Of a stretch of 64,000 nucleotides of DNA, positions 21,692-37,047 are shown piece by piece. Numbering within the stretch: position 1 is the first letter of the stretch; every line of letters begins with the position of its first letter. Location: contig OZ024740.1 of assembly GCA_964016885.1 (NCBI GenBank), positions 146,444,001 to 146,508,000 of the forward strand. The letters are read 5' to 3'. The position numbers were made by a program, and so were the translations under genes. The notes below the pieces were generated by a model. It searched no databases, was not told where the DNA came from, and saw only the letters and a list, made by a program, of their open reading frames with translations. This stretch comes from Eledone cirrhosa. Taxonomy: Eukaryota.

Positions 21692-24600
21692 TGATGGCTC
21701 CCAGTGCAATGATTCTCTACTGAGATGAAACTGGACAGTCAGTGTGAGGAAATGTATCTTCAATCCCTTCAATATATGCACACACACACACATATGCATA
21801 TATATAAGTGAGATGGGAAGTAGAAAAATACTTTTGTCTATTAATATATTAACACACATATACTAAAAAAACTTTGATTCATTTGCATGCACATGTGTTT
21901 TCTTCATAGTATTTCATGTATACCATATTCTCTCTGTTTTTTTTTTTTTTGTTTCTCATTATAAAGAATATTTATTTAATTTCTTTCGAAAAGAAACATT
22001 TTGTACTCATCATTCATGACTCTTTAGAATAAGAATTATGACTTGTAATACTGTTCCATTCTGCATTTTGTAAAATATTTTGCTTTATCTTAACTGATTG
22101 ATCATGTGTTTTCTTATTATCAGTCAATTCCTTTTTACATGTCTCAGTTAGTGGTGGCATTGTTAGTTTCTTCCTGGCTGACTTACTAACATTGTAAAGA
22201 ACTCATATGGGGAAGCAATCATGGTTATAATGTTGAAGAATTTGGAAATTAATAGATTATGTGATGATAAATTTTGTAATGTATTAATTAGGATGGAATT
22301 GGAATTTGATCCTTGAAAGTACCAATTCCAAGTAAATTACTCTTTCAGCTGAGCTAAACTCTATGTTTCTTTTGCTAATATTTTAGATATGCATTTTTAA
22401 CATCCTATAAAGGGTATTTCTTGTTACCAAAGTAAATACATTGTATGCTTTGATGTATCCATGGAAAGCTTTTTTAAAACTGATGTTTGCTTCAAACTTC
22501 AGTATTTTTCTCTCTCTCTTTGAATTTGTGAAATGTTGACTAAAGCTTTCGACTGACTTCATTTTGGCTTATCGAAACCAACCTTTTATTATGCTACAAA
22601 ATATACCTACACACACCATAATAGGTGGGTATATTCTGAGTCAGTTTCTTTCTGATTCCACTCATACAAGTTGGTTGAGCTGTTGTACTTTGCAACTATT
22701 TCTTCTGTTGTCAATATCTGTTGCTTATTCAAAGAAGCCGTGAGAGAATTTTATTTTAAACATATTTTAGCATTCGTCAAAATTTTCTGTATATAAGCAA
22801 GTTTAATTCTCTCCAAGATATTCCTATGATTCTTAAATTTGACTTACATTACTATTATTTAAATCAACCGAAGAAATCGTCATTATTATGATAAATAAAT
22901 CTTTATTATTTAATTCAATAAAAAGCTTTCAGTTTTAAAGTACATTGAAAAGAATCTTCAAAGTATTTAATACCTGCTTGGTATTTTGTCCATACAATGG
23001 CATTTAGCTGTTGGTCTATAATGGATCAGAAAAGTTGAAAGTTCTGCTAACCAGACTTATATTTCTGGCAATAGGAGTAAGATACTTGACAACCCTGCTA
23101 CTTGTTAGGTATTGCACCTATTGAAATGATCTATAGAAAAATTTCAACTTTGTGAATTAAAATTTACACCCGTAATTGGCTGAAAAAAAGAAAAAAGAAG
23201 TGCGTCCTTTTCTAACTGTTTCATTAATTGGAATATATTTTCAAGAATAAATTTTGCTTTAATGAGTGTAATATGTAGTATGTGTATTTATATACACAAA
23301 CACAAATTTGCATGCATTTTAAGATGACATATGTAGTATGTGTATATATATATATATAGAGAGAGATGTATATGTACATATAAATATATATATACACATG
23401 TATATGTATATGTATGAATATATATTTCTGTGTATAAATATATATATATATATATACACACATATTTAAAATGTATTTTGGAAAGATTTTCAAAACTAAA
23501 CTTATGAAAGCATCATTTAGCTTCATTAATGTTTATTACAATACTCTTCTTCCTTTCCAATTTAGAAACATTGGAAACAAATTTAACTGAAATGTAACAC
23601 TTAAGATAAAATCTTAAAAATCAGCTAGGTTGTTGGGACTGCTTAAATAAGAGAAGGTTTCTATCATGATTTGATGATTTACATTTTAGCATTTAAATAA
23701 ATTCTTCATTAATATCACTTTTAAAATCCTATATGGATGCATATATAGAGATACATACTTACATACATATATATATATATATAAATGTATATATATTTAT
23801 GTATATAATTGTATATACATATATGTGTATATATATATATTTTACATATATGCGTCCATGTAAAAAAATAAACAGCTATATATATTTATAACCGCTTTCT
23901 TTTAACATTTGCGTACATTTCAGCTTTTTTATTGATATTCTTTAACTGCAAAAAAAAAAAAAATAACATATCAAAGCACTGCTAAGTGGCTAGAGGTTTC
24001 AACTTCTACATGTAAATATTCACTATGTATTTATATTCCTATCCATAGTTAGGAATGTCATAAGGATCCTGTCTCTTGGGAAGACATTCAGGCATGACTG
24101 TGTTTGTATGTGTATGTCTATCATCATTGTTTTTATGTCCACCTTGTGGATTTGTGTGTGAATGTGTGGGTGTATATATGCATATCATTGATGATGATAT
24201 GTATGTTTGTGTATGAGTGTGTATATGCTATATACACTGTGTATAGTATATATAGACTACATCTGGTTTATATATATATATATACACACACAAATATACA
24301 TATGCATGCATATATAGACACACACACACACACACACACACACATTCTGTGTGTTGTATTAAAGGATATGTAGAACCTCCCAGGAATCTGCTCATCATTT
24401 CCTTTTTTTTTCCAGCGTAATTTTGTAATTCTTGTTTAATTGTCGCTTAACATCTACTTAAATATTTATTTCCTTCATCTATTGGTTCATATAAAATAAA
24501 TCCTACTCTTTTGACTAAAATGTTTTTGATGGTGGAAATTGTTTATCGTGAAAATGTATATTTGATTTGGTCAATTCTGCATACCATTGTTTGTTAAAAT

Positions 24601-27600
24601 GTTATCTGTGAGGACCATCTTTAGTCAACCTCATTTGATTGTCATTATTATTGCTGTTACCATCATTATTATTATTACTATTATTATTAAAATCAATTTT
24701 TCTTGGGATCTGTGTGATCATCCTGCAATCGACATGTAGACCCCAGTTTATTTATATGTATATATAGAATTGTATATATGTATATATAAATAGACAAAGG
24801 AAGAACAGGCTAGTTATCACATCAATTTATGATACAGACTTGATATTAGCTTATGCTTTGATGATTTGTCTGACATAGCTAATCGTTTAACTCAACTGAG
24901 CTTGAAATAGAAACACTGTTCTCATTTCATCTTGTTTGGAATATATATAATGTATTCTCTTTACAGAATTGGATACCATGATGTTTTTGTTTACAATGTG
25001 ATAATTTATCTTCAGGAGTAGATGGTAATTAACAACTAACTGTGATATAACAAAGAATCACTTTGAGCTGTTATTTACATGATGTGTGTACATGTATACA
25101 TATATTAGGGTTGCCTTTATCTGGTTGGAACAAAACCGAAAATCTGTTTGGGATCAACATTTGAACAAATAAAAAATATCAAGTAATATTGAAAAAATTA
25201 TATCGAATTGAGATTAGGAAACTATTAGTGATTCCATAAATTCCTTATAGAAGTTTAATCACAAATTCGATTGTCTTTTATCAATATTGGTCATATTTAA
25301 AACACCTGTTTTTGAAGTTATAATTGCAGTAATATGATAGCTAATTCATATATTATATTCTTGTATAATGTATCTTGCCAGTATTTTATAAACCTGTGTT
25401 TTGGATATAGTATTATAGATAAGGAAATGTATTTAAAGAAAATCATACAGTGTAAGTGTTTTTTTTTACCCTTTCTACCAAAAATCTTGCATATGGATTC
25501 AGCATAGATATTAGCAAGATAAACTAAATAATCTCTAATATTCTACTTTATACTCCTGATTTCATTCCTGTGTGAAATTAACTTTGTGTTTTACCTTTCT
25601 AGAGTTAATGTCTAAATTATTCCATAGAAAATTCAAATATATCACTTTAAAAAAATCTTGTTAGATTTTCTTCTTTATATAAGAAACTACTTACAAGATA
25701 TATTAAACTTAAAATAGGAATCACTTATTAATATCATCTCTAACAAAGCAGTTAATGGAGTTTGAAAATGAAATGCACATCAACATTTTTAGGTTTATGG
25801 TAATGAATTGAGTACAACCACTGAAACAAGCAAGCAAAATATATTACATGAGATAGAGATAAAGAATTTATCAATTTATGAAAGAAGAAAATGATGCATT
25901 GAAGACAATTTCAAATCTCATATAAAATTTAATATTTTTGTCTTCCAATACTGCTCACTTTAATTTTTATCATTTAACATGAAGTATAAAGCCTTGTTAT
26001 TAATTTTTAAATAACAAATAGTAAATGAAATACGTGTCAAAAGTAAACCTTAGCAAGAAACATTTATGGTATAATAGAATGAAAAGAAGTATAAATTATG
26101 TTTTAAAATAAAAGAAATAATCCCTACTCTTCTCAGGAAAACAAATTCTCCTGACTGGCAACCCTGCATAAATGTATACACATGACAGAAAAAATAGTAT
26201 GACATATTTCTGATATTCATTGGTAAACAGACGGACCTAGAACTTCTCTTGAATTAGTTTATATTGAATAAAATAATTTTCACCTATAAAAGGTAAATTA
26301 TTGATTAGAGCTTTGCTACTTTAAAATGAAAAAAAAAAAAAAGTATACTAGTTCATTTTATTTCATTATTATGAACCCTATATCAATTTTAAAAGCTGTT
26401 GATTTAGGGCTTCTACTTTTTACTGGTTTGTAGGAGTTTATATACTAATAAGGTTGATACCAGGAGATTTTAATTTCCTCTATAGTCATGCAACTAATAT
26501 TGCCATTAGTTACTCTTTTTCACTATTAGTTTAAATATTCTTCTCTGTTGGGAAAAAAATAAAGGAAACATAAAACTCTAATATGTTGATGCAAAAAAAG
26601 GTGATAACGTAACTCACATCTGAATTCATTACATTTTTCCTCGAAAATGTTTAATAATAATATTTATCATGAAAATAATGATAATGATAATAATAATAAT
26701 AATGATAATAATAATGATAATTATAAATATTAATAATAATTATTAGACATAATATTTTTTTTGTTTTGTTTTGTGTAATGATTATGGTGATGATGGTTTT
26801 ATAATATTTGTGTCTCATGTAAAGCAAGCTTTAAAATTGTATTCATGAGTTTTTAATCTTTCAACCGATTATACCACGTGAAATAAGTAAAGCATACCAG
26901 TTAAAGCAGCTTCTACATATAAGTAAGGGAAGAGGTATATTTTACTATAGTATTTGGACTGGGGAAACAAAAAGAAAGAAAAAAAAAGGAAACTAATGTA
27001 AAAGATAACTACTGTATAAACATTCTAATTATTGCATTAGTTCTTGTGGTTGTTGTTTCAAGTGCATCTTTGTTCAAAGCCTGAATTTTTCTGAACTTTA
27101 AATATATCATTTCTAGTGATAAAATTGTGCCATTTTGTATTATTATTGTTAATAAGAAATGAATTAACATTAACATAAGTTTAATAATACATAATGTTTA
27201 GAGTAATTAGATCTTCATTAAATTTTTCTTCGTAGTTTTCAGCTAATCATTTATTTCCTTAAAAAGAAAAAAGGATTAAAAAAAATTATTTCATATACAA
27301 TTGCCATTGAATGTTTTAATACTTTTATTGACCATTTAAAACAAAAAAAAAAACCCAAACATTTTACCCCCATTATTTTCTGCTTGAGGTTGTGCATTAT
27401 TTTTCTTGAATTTATAAATGAATTTTGCTTAATTTCATTTCATAAGATTTTTCCATCTTCAGGGCATAAAATCCTTGCGAGAGGATTTTATTTGAGTATT
27501 AAACAAGTTGGAGTGACACTAGAGGTGAGCTATCTCTCACTTAATATGATACAAAGTTTATCCTTGTGGGGGTGTTTTTATAAACATATTTTTTCATAAG

Positions 27601-27732
27601 CACTGACTGATATTTTACAATTATCAAACCAAAATTTTCTGATTGCAACTATTCAAATATCTTGATCGAATTTGTGACCAAATAACTGTATATACCAACT
27701 GTATGTATTTTTGAGCTGCAGGCAAGCACATT

Positions 27733-28020
<288 letters not shown>

Positions 28021-31000
28021 ATATTTATAATATGATAGTGTTGTTATAATAATTGTTCAAAGTCTAAAAGAAATTGAATTATTACTATTGCAATAGTGTC
28101 ATATACTTGAAAAATAGTCATTATAAAATGAGAAAAAAGAAGTATAGCATTTAAACTGAATAATTCAGATGAAAACAAATTTCAATTAGTAATTGAGAAA
28201 TGTTATTTAAGTTTCAAAACTATTTTTGAAAGAAAGCTGTACTCTTGGCTATAAATTCTGGTGCTGTTCTTTATTTTTACTATGAAGATGCAGACATGAT
28301 TTCATTTTAATACATGTTTGAGTTTCTTGATGTTAATGTCTTGCGACATATTGGTGATAAAAGTACCTTGAAAGCCATGTCTTTAGAAAGATTTGGTAAC
28401 AATAGTACACAAAATTGAAATATTTCATAGGAAATATAACACTATTGTTGATCGATTTTATGAACTATTATTATCTTTTCTGTGTTGAGGTATGACTAAC
28501 TAGCCAGCCAAATGTGATTCTGAGCTATCTGCATCTCTTTCATTCAAGTCTTTTATTTTGAATGCAAAGAAAGTTGATTTGTCTTCAAGTCAGGTACTAA
28601 TAATGTGATTGTCTGTTAACTAGGATTAGAATTAATCTATTTTTGCAACATATCACTTACAATTTTGTAAAAGTTGACTATGTCTTCATTATTATATATG
28701 ATGATGTTAGATGTTAACTAAAATTGAAAAGCATGGACACACACACACTGTCAGGCACATCCTATTACCGTTTCTTACAGTTCTTTAGGAAGTGAATATT
28801 TAGATCTGAAACAGGAGTTTGTTTAAATTGTAGTTTATGTTTTAAAAGCTACAAATAGTAACTTTACATTACTACAAATGGTCTAAAACTTGTATTTGAA
28901 TGTCTTCCAGATAATTTTGGACTACTAAAAAGTAAATGGGTTTTAGTTATTATCATTATTTGATTTTAAAAAAAAAATCCTTTTACTACTAGAATATTAT
29001 ACAGAAAATAATCTCTGAAATGCTTTAACAAGAACAAAAAGACAAAATGTTGTAATAAGCAGTAGGAGGCATTATAGTATATATTCTTTGCATTTCTGAC
29101 ATAGTTGATAAGTAAAATTTCCATAAATGGATTCTAAATATATATACATATAGATAAGTTTTACTTGAATTATATTTTATATATAGAACCTATTTATTTG
29201 CCATATTTCTTGATTGTAAATGTTAAGAAATAATATGGAAAAAGGGTGTATTAAAACACTTTGTTTTTAAATAATAGCACTTTTTGCTGATTTTTTTTTT
29301 TTTTTTTTTTTTGTATTAGTGCTAGAAAAATCTGCAAATGTACAGTTTTATGGTTGCAGCCATCTCTATTGCTCTCTCCAACTTGTTGAATACTTTAAAC
29401 CTACCAATTTAAATTATAACTTACACATAACTATAGCTTTTGGAAGCTGTCATATGTAACAGATCAAATAATCTCTACAGTTACATCTGATGTTATGAAT
29501 TCAAAACTGTTTCAATTGTAGCTGAAAACATGTTAAAACATTTGTTCAGATGATAACCTGTTCTAAAAAGCTTATCATTTTAATAATTTAAGTACAGGTG
29601 TTCTGGATATTCTTGTTATATGTACATTTTATTATTATTTCAAAATCTCCTTAACCAACAACAATTGTGCAGTTGAAAATTGTATGACATTCTTGAGAAT
29701 ATTTTTGCTCAGTAAAAACTGATGGTAGAAAACTTGATAACTTATGTATCTACAAAATGATCAGATACTTCAAATAAATTTGAATCAAGTTTTAAGTCAT
29801 GTATTCTAAAGTATGGTGGAAACAGATATTGATTTAAAACTTAAGAACATTCATTGTAGCAGAACCTTTCACAACCATCAAGTATATTTTTTAGCTAAAC
29901 ATTATATAAATATATATATTTGTGTATGTGTGTGTGTGTGCATACATGCATACGTATATAGATATATGGTGTATGTATGAGTTTGGATGTACAAACAAGA
30001 ACAAATGAATACTCAATAACTTTTATTAAAATCATTCCTATATTTGAAATTAAATCTTCAATGTTTCTACTGTGAGTTTCCTCCATTCTGTAACTATTCA
30101 TTGCCATTATGAACTTCTATAGTATAAGAAACTCAGATCAGTAATTAAAAGTTAAGCTTTCCAATGCTAATAATCTGGCAATGACTCTCTATTATTATTG
30201 TAACATTTTTCTCTATAAAATATTAAGCTTTTGAAAAACTGCAAAGAATATGTATTAACTCTCATCAGTAGTTTCAAATCTTTGTACCTTGACTTTCCTA
30301 TATACATAATGTTTATGTAATAGATTATAAATGCTTAATCCTAGATAGAAACACTCTACAATATATTATAGTAGAATATATCTTTACTTCTAAGCTGTAA
30401 ACTGTTTTAAGTATGTATTCATGCATGCACTCCCATATATCAACTCATTAACTCGCAGTAAAAAAGGAAAACATTTGTTATCCATTTTAAGGTAGAATCC
30501 ATAGATTTTACATATGTTAAATGATCCTGCAAAATGGGTGTTTATTGTCTATAAATCTAACAGAAAATAAAATTAAATCATTGGCTTTAGTTGGGATAAA
30601 ATTAAGCATGCATATACTATATATATATATATATGACCAAGGAAACTCAACATGATGATATATGTATGTATGAAAGATAAGACAGCAGTTACTGTGCTTT
30701 ATTTTTGCTTCCTAACCCTCCTCAAAATTAGTTTAGAAAATATATCAATTACAAATTGTTTTTTTTTTTTGTTAGAAAGTTTTCTTCAAAGCCAATATTC
30801 AATATTCATACTAAATTTTTAGCACATAATATAACTGTATTAATTATTGTATAAATTCCAACCTTCTTTTCAAAGAGCTGGCATTTTCTATATATATGCT
30901 ACATGCTGATAGAAGTAGAGGCTTTTAAATAAGATTTCTTTTTAAATATATGAAAAAATAAGAGTATTTCTTAGTTATGACATTTGCTAAGTGCTCTTCA

Positions 31001-32154
31001 GAACAATGTGTGTGTTATTTAGTATATATATTCATTATATACTTGAATAAGACTTATTTTCTCTCTGTGAATTAAGAATGCCTCTGAGTCCTCCTAATAT
31101 ACAGATTGGTGATCTCACATATATGTGTGTATATGTATGTATGAGTGCGTGCTTGTAGATATATATGGTGACATATGTATCTACACACACACATATATAG
31201 ACATGCACACGTGTATGTATGTATATATATATATATGTATCATCATCATCATCGTTTAACGTCTATCTTCCACGCTAGCATGGGTTTAGAACACACTCAC
31301 AAATATAAATTGGCAGTCATTTAAGTGTAGGACAAAATTTCTTGTAGTATTTGTCCTGGCACTTTATCTCCAGAGTTCTTGAAGACGGATCAGAGACATG
31401 ATCTGTTGCCCATTTTAAACACTAATGCCTGTTCCTTGGGTGCCTTTAGTGGAGTTCACTCTGTTACAAGCATTCAAGCCAGGTCTCCAACTAGAGGATG
31501 ACTTCCTCCTTTCCTCCTGCCAGTTTCAGAGGCCTTGGAAAAATAAAGGGGTTTGGGTGCTGCCCTTTCCTTCATTCCCAAGTGGTAAAAACACACACAC
31601 ACACACACACTTGTAGTAGTCACATGTGTATATATATATATTTTATATGTAGTGTTCTACTAGTTTGCTAAGAATTACTTTGATGGTGAAAAGGACAAAT
31701 ATGGGGTATATATTTTTGACATTGAAGTTAACTGATTTGAATGCTAAAAATATAATTGATAGTTATAAAAATCAATTCATTTTATGATTGTCTACTGCCA
31801 ATATTGTTGGTAATTTTTCTTTTAATTATTTTCATTGTCACTGCTGTTATTATTGCTGCTGCTAAATCTTACAACCATTCTCATTTTGTTCTATTTTTCA
31901 TTTATGCTATGTCTATTTTCATTTGTAGTAACCTTTTTTTTTCAATCATCTTCAACATACTTCTAAGTAACAGTTTATTATTATTTTAAATTTAAATAAT
32001 CCATTCAGTCTTTAAATATTCTTAAAGATATCACGTAATTAATTAACTGAAAACATAAAATCAAATCAAGTTTTTCCTTTTTTTGTTTTATCTCTTTAAA
32101 ATAATTTGAAAAAAATGTTCTCCTTAATTCGTTTACCTCCATCTTTCTTAAATG

Positions 32155-32445
32155 TGAAGGCATGCAGCCTAGTGTTTAGGGTGTTGGACTCATGATTATA
32201 TGGTTTTGGGTTCCATTTCTGGACCAGGTAGCATGTTATGTCCTTGAGCAAGACGCCTCATTTCACGTTGCTTTAGTCCACTCAGCTGGAAAAACTGAGT
32301 ACTACCAGCAGCTGGGTGTTAACCCTGCAATGGACTGGTGTACTGCCCAGGGGAGAGTCTTGTACTCTTAGTCACTCAACGCCAATGGAACCGGGATAAG
32401 CTCTGGCTTGATGGGCCTCTGGGCTCAAGATAGACTGTAACCTCT
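32155..32445 (+). mobile_element. tRNA-derived CORE-like SINE
   Basis: A-box GCCTAGTGTTTAGG, B-box GGTTCCATTTC, core GTCCTTGAGCAAGAC...CACTCAGCTG. Confidence 0.72.
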
Positions 32446-32711
32446 CTTAAATATTGAAGCTTTCATAGAAATTCTTAAGTTCTGAAATGCATAAGAACTT
32501 GTTATCTATTTTACATGATGACATCGAACATCTTCATTTCCATAAGAAAAACAGATAGATATGTTTCACTTGTAAAACTGAATTATGTTTACTTGTTAAC
32601 AAAGTTTCCAATGAATGTTTTGTTAATATTGTTTCAATGTAGATATATAATTTACATATACATAACAGCATATCAATAGGAAAAGAAACAAGTATTATTA
32701 TAAAAGGGCTT

Positions 32712-32895
32712 TGGCAGTATCGGTAGAGAGTCGGACGCCATGCTTTGATGCATAGAGTTACGGCCCTTGCCATTCTGAGTTCAAATCCCGCCAAGGTTAA
32801 CTTTGCCTTTTATCCTTACGGGGTTGATAAAATAAAGTACCAGTAATGTACTAGGTAATTGCTGGCCTTGTGCCAAAAAGTAGAAACAATTATTA
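32712..32895 (+). mobile_element. tRNA-derived SINE (same family as 7222)
   Basis: Aligns along its length with 7222-7392. Confidence 0.8.
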
Positions 32896-35800
32896 TAAAA
32901 GGGCTAAAAGCTCTTTTTTCTCCTCCAAATTACTTGTTTTAATTTTTGTGTCATATTTCTCTGTCTGCTACAGTTACATGTGCATGTATGTACATATGCT
33001 TACACACATACATGTGTTACTTCCAAGAATAATTTCAGATATTTATACCACTCTTTTGTAGTGTTGTATGTAAAAGAATGATGCCACTTAGCATTAATTG
33101 ATGTTCTATAGACATTGCTCTGTGGTTACAAATTCCATTGCTATTGTTCTCCCTTTTCTCATATGAGAATAATTTACAAGAATATAAGTGATTTCAGTTA
33201 TCATGAAATTGCAGTTCCCAGCACAAATTTAAGGCTTCACAAGCATATTTCTCAAGTCCATATCTTTCTAAGCAGCATTTTTATACTGTTTTCGACAGAC
33301 ATTTAAAAAAAAATTAAAATTGAAATTAATTTTATAAAAATGCTTTATTCTTTCAAAATAATTTTCTGGTGACTTACGAATTTTGTAATTTACAAATTCT
33401 TTATTTATGTGCGTGCTGTGAATTTTATTTTAAAAATTCATTTAAAATTCATTTTGAAATCTGTTCATTAGTGCTCCTCAAATTGGTATCTGTAGCTAAA
33501 GATCTCTATCCAATAAATAAAATAACAATAAACCATCTTTATATTAAGGACAGCTCAATATTTTGTCAATATATAAACTTTATATATGGCAGGGGTTTAG
33601 TGTATTAAAAGACTATTACCATAGTTAGATTTATTATTCATTTATCTTTAATTATATTTAGATCTTTATGTAGCATTCAATTGAATGTTGATTCTATTGC
33701 TAATTTTGGTAGTGAACACCATAGTATAGCCAGAGTAGAAAACAAATTAAATTAATTGCCATCTGTTGTTAGGAATATAGCAATAGATTATTACAAATTT
33801 ATTCCTCTATTTTTTAATTATAACTTACAACAGTTTGTCTTCCCATTGCATTTAATTCTATAAATCATTTTAAATATTTCTTAAAGGCTAATTGTAATGT
33901 AGGAAGTAAGTTTTATAAGAATTAAATCGTTTTTTATATCCTTCTGTATGCATCTTCAGTGAGATTTGGACTTGTGGATATTGCTTTTATTCTTGGAAAT
34001 TATGGACTGGTACTTCATTTTTTTTTTAACCTCACTTAAATTGAGATTGTTTCTTAGTCTTATGTTTTCACCATGTAAAGGTTTCTTCAAAGTCCAGTTT
34101 GAAGATATAGTATCTTTAGAATATAAAGTGTCTGAAGTCTCCTTAAAATAATAACAATGGTGATGCATTAATATAATTTTTGTATCAAATATTGATTGTA
34201 TTTTGAAGGAAACATTTATAAATTTAGATTATGATTTGTGATGGAGATAAAATATTTTCTAATGCAACACTTTATTTACCTTTGCGGTAGCATTATCTCT
34301 TCCCTGTATTTTTCTCTAATCAAAGTTTTGTAAACATAGAATGAGTTCGATAGTTGAGGTTTTAATGAATACATTATTCAAGATAAACATATTTGTATAA
34401 TTCTTCAACTTATATGAAACTAATAATTACAATTGGAGAATTGCATGTCGCCTCTTTTTTTATGAATGCAATGTTTTTTTTTTCTTTTTTTTTTAAATAT
34501 ATGTGTTCTTTATAAAAGAAGCTTACATTTTACACAACAAAATAGATCTTCTGAATTTTCTACTTTACTTTCAATGATTTACAATAATGAGATTAACTAC
34601 TTTATTCACTGGACATGTTCCAAATCTTTAACACCAGCCCAATATCTCTCTGATGCTTGTGAAAGAAAGAAAACTTTGTAAAATTTAAATATTTGAAATG
34701 CTTAATCTGGTACTAAGAACCAGGAACATCAACTGAATGTACTAATATCTAACACACTGTTTTGCTTGCTATTTTTTTCTGTTGACATTCTTCTATGTCT
34801 TCAACAATTCATCAAATGTAAAAGTAGAATTTTTTTTCTCTCAAAATTTTTTTAATGGTTGTTGCATCAGAGGTTGAGTATGAAAATGTCATCTGTCAAT
34901 TTTTCAAACTATTTAACTTCTCAAGTTCTGTGAACACATGTTTGATTTTTATAATGCCGCTAAAACAAATTCTTTGAGTTAAAAACTAGGTGTTCCTATT
35001 ATCTTACCTGCACTTTTTATATATGTTTACATGAATCTATGAAATTAAGGTTATATTTGTTTAAAAATTGTTCTGTTAAAATAATCAATGTTTAACAGTT
35101 ATTCCCATGGATTACATTGCTTAATAGAGTAGTAATGTTATCTTTACTGTTAAACTAATTAAGTCAACTTGATGTGAAAACAAGAAACCAGCTTTCATTT
35201 TAAAAAGTTTTTTTTCAAATGAAAACCATGCTTATACGTAATATATTTTTCATAAAATTTTCTTCAGTTTTATTGTCATTTTTATCGGTGGCTATATTTT
35301 AAATCACTTCATTTTGGTTTGAAATCCTCTAATATCTAATCTAATAGCTTGTTAATGATTTAAAATATCCTAATTATTACTATTCTTATTACATTTGTTT
35401 GAGTGGTGCAATTAGTAGAGACAGTAAGATTTACTTATTAATGGGATTAAAAAAACTATTGTTTTATTTAATTCTCATTTCTATTATTTCTCTCTCTTAC
35501 CATATTTTAATCAATCACTATCTTTAACATTAATCTAATATATATATATCTTTACTTTGTATAAGGTATATAATATTTAATGTTTGGCTGCATCCTCAAG
35601 ATAAAACTTTTCTATCCCCTTTAAATGATTAAATACAAATTCTTAATTTTATCCACTTTGCCAAAATATTGTGAAATGTTTTATATGAACATTTCTTAAA
35701 ACTCTAAAACTCTTCTAGATTGTTGTCTAGATAACAAAAAATAGCATATTTTAGTACATATTCATCGAACAGTTTCTAGTCTGCATGAGAATAAGATACC

Positions 35801-36645
35801 AACTCTTCACTTCACCAACATATGATAGTTTCCTTTACATGTCACTGATGCATGTTTCAAATTTCAAGATATTTTACGAAACACCACTCATTTTCAATGG
35901 TTGCCACATATAAGATTTTAAAGGATTTGCACAAATAGTTTATAAACTCGCAGGAACATCTATTAATCAGAAACATTTTATATGCATCAATAACTGTTTA
36001 TTTTCTCCCTTGCAACCCTGCTGAAAGTATACTTTACTATAACAGTCTTGAGCATTTCATTCTGTTCCAGCTCTCTTGTCTTCTCAGTTCATGGATTAAA
36101 ATGCTTGTATTCTCTGCTCCATGTCTACATTATTTGAGTTATTATTATTATTATTATTAAAAGAAATGTGATATTTGAGCCACTTCCTTGCCATTTTCAT
36201 AATATTTATAAATATGGTCCAAAATGTCAATCACTGGTTTTACATTCCAAGTCTCTTTCTACTTTAAAGACATTCCAGTAGCTTTGAAGGATTTCATTCA
36301 AGTGAAATAAATAAATATAGATGTAACAAATTCATTTCTTTTTTAAATTGTTTCTTTAAATATTAAAGAGCAACAACTGGACAGGCCTGATGTATATTAT
36401 GAATGGTAAGAAGATGGCATATAATTTTCTTTTCATTTTTCCTTCATTTTTTTTTTCATTTTTTTTTAACATGTTCAGGTTTTACCATTTGTAAAAACTG
36501 AATTTTTGGTATATATTTTTTAAAATAGTATTTTAGTCAATTCTGTATGAATATATCTGACATTTATTTCTTATTTTTTGCTTTTTGGGTTTGTTTTCAA
36601 GTAGCTCAAGTCTAGTCTTATGTGTATATTAGTTATGTGAATATT

Positions 36646-36688
<43 letters not shown>

Positions 36689-37016
36689 ATAAACATAAAC
36701 TTTGCATAATATTTAGTTGAGCTGCTGGAATCTTGTAATGCTATTTGTATTTCTTGACTTTGTAAGATAGTATCAAAGCAGCCAGCCACCTACCCACCGA
36801 TCTCGCAATTTTGGGTTATTCTTTTTAAATGTTTTGAAGTTGCAGTGTACCAAATACCAAGGTGTTTTTCCAATATATTGTCAACCTCCCTTACATCTAT
36901 TAAATAATATAGTATACAGTAGTGACTAAATGGTATGGTCACACAGTGATTATGATTTTTAAAGTAATTTACAAGCATTCATATATTTTTTCTTTGTATG
37001 TTTGTATATGTGTATG

Positions 37017-37047
<31 letters not shown>

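Noticed and set aside
22303-22636. Small hairpins (TGGAATTGG/CCAATTCCA; AATATACCTAC/GTGGGTATATT)
   Set aside because: 9-11 bp stems are expected by chance in 19 kb of AT-rich sequence, and they are not pre-miRNA-like.
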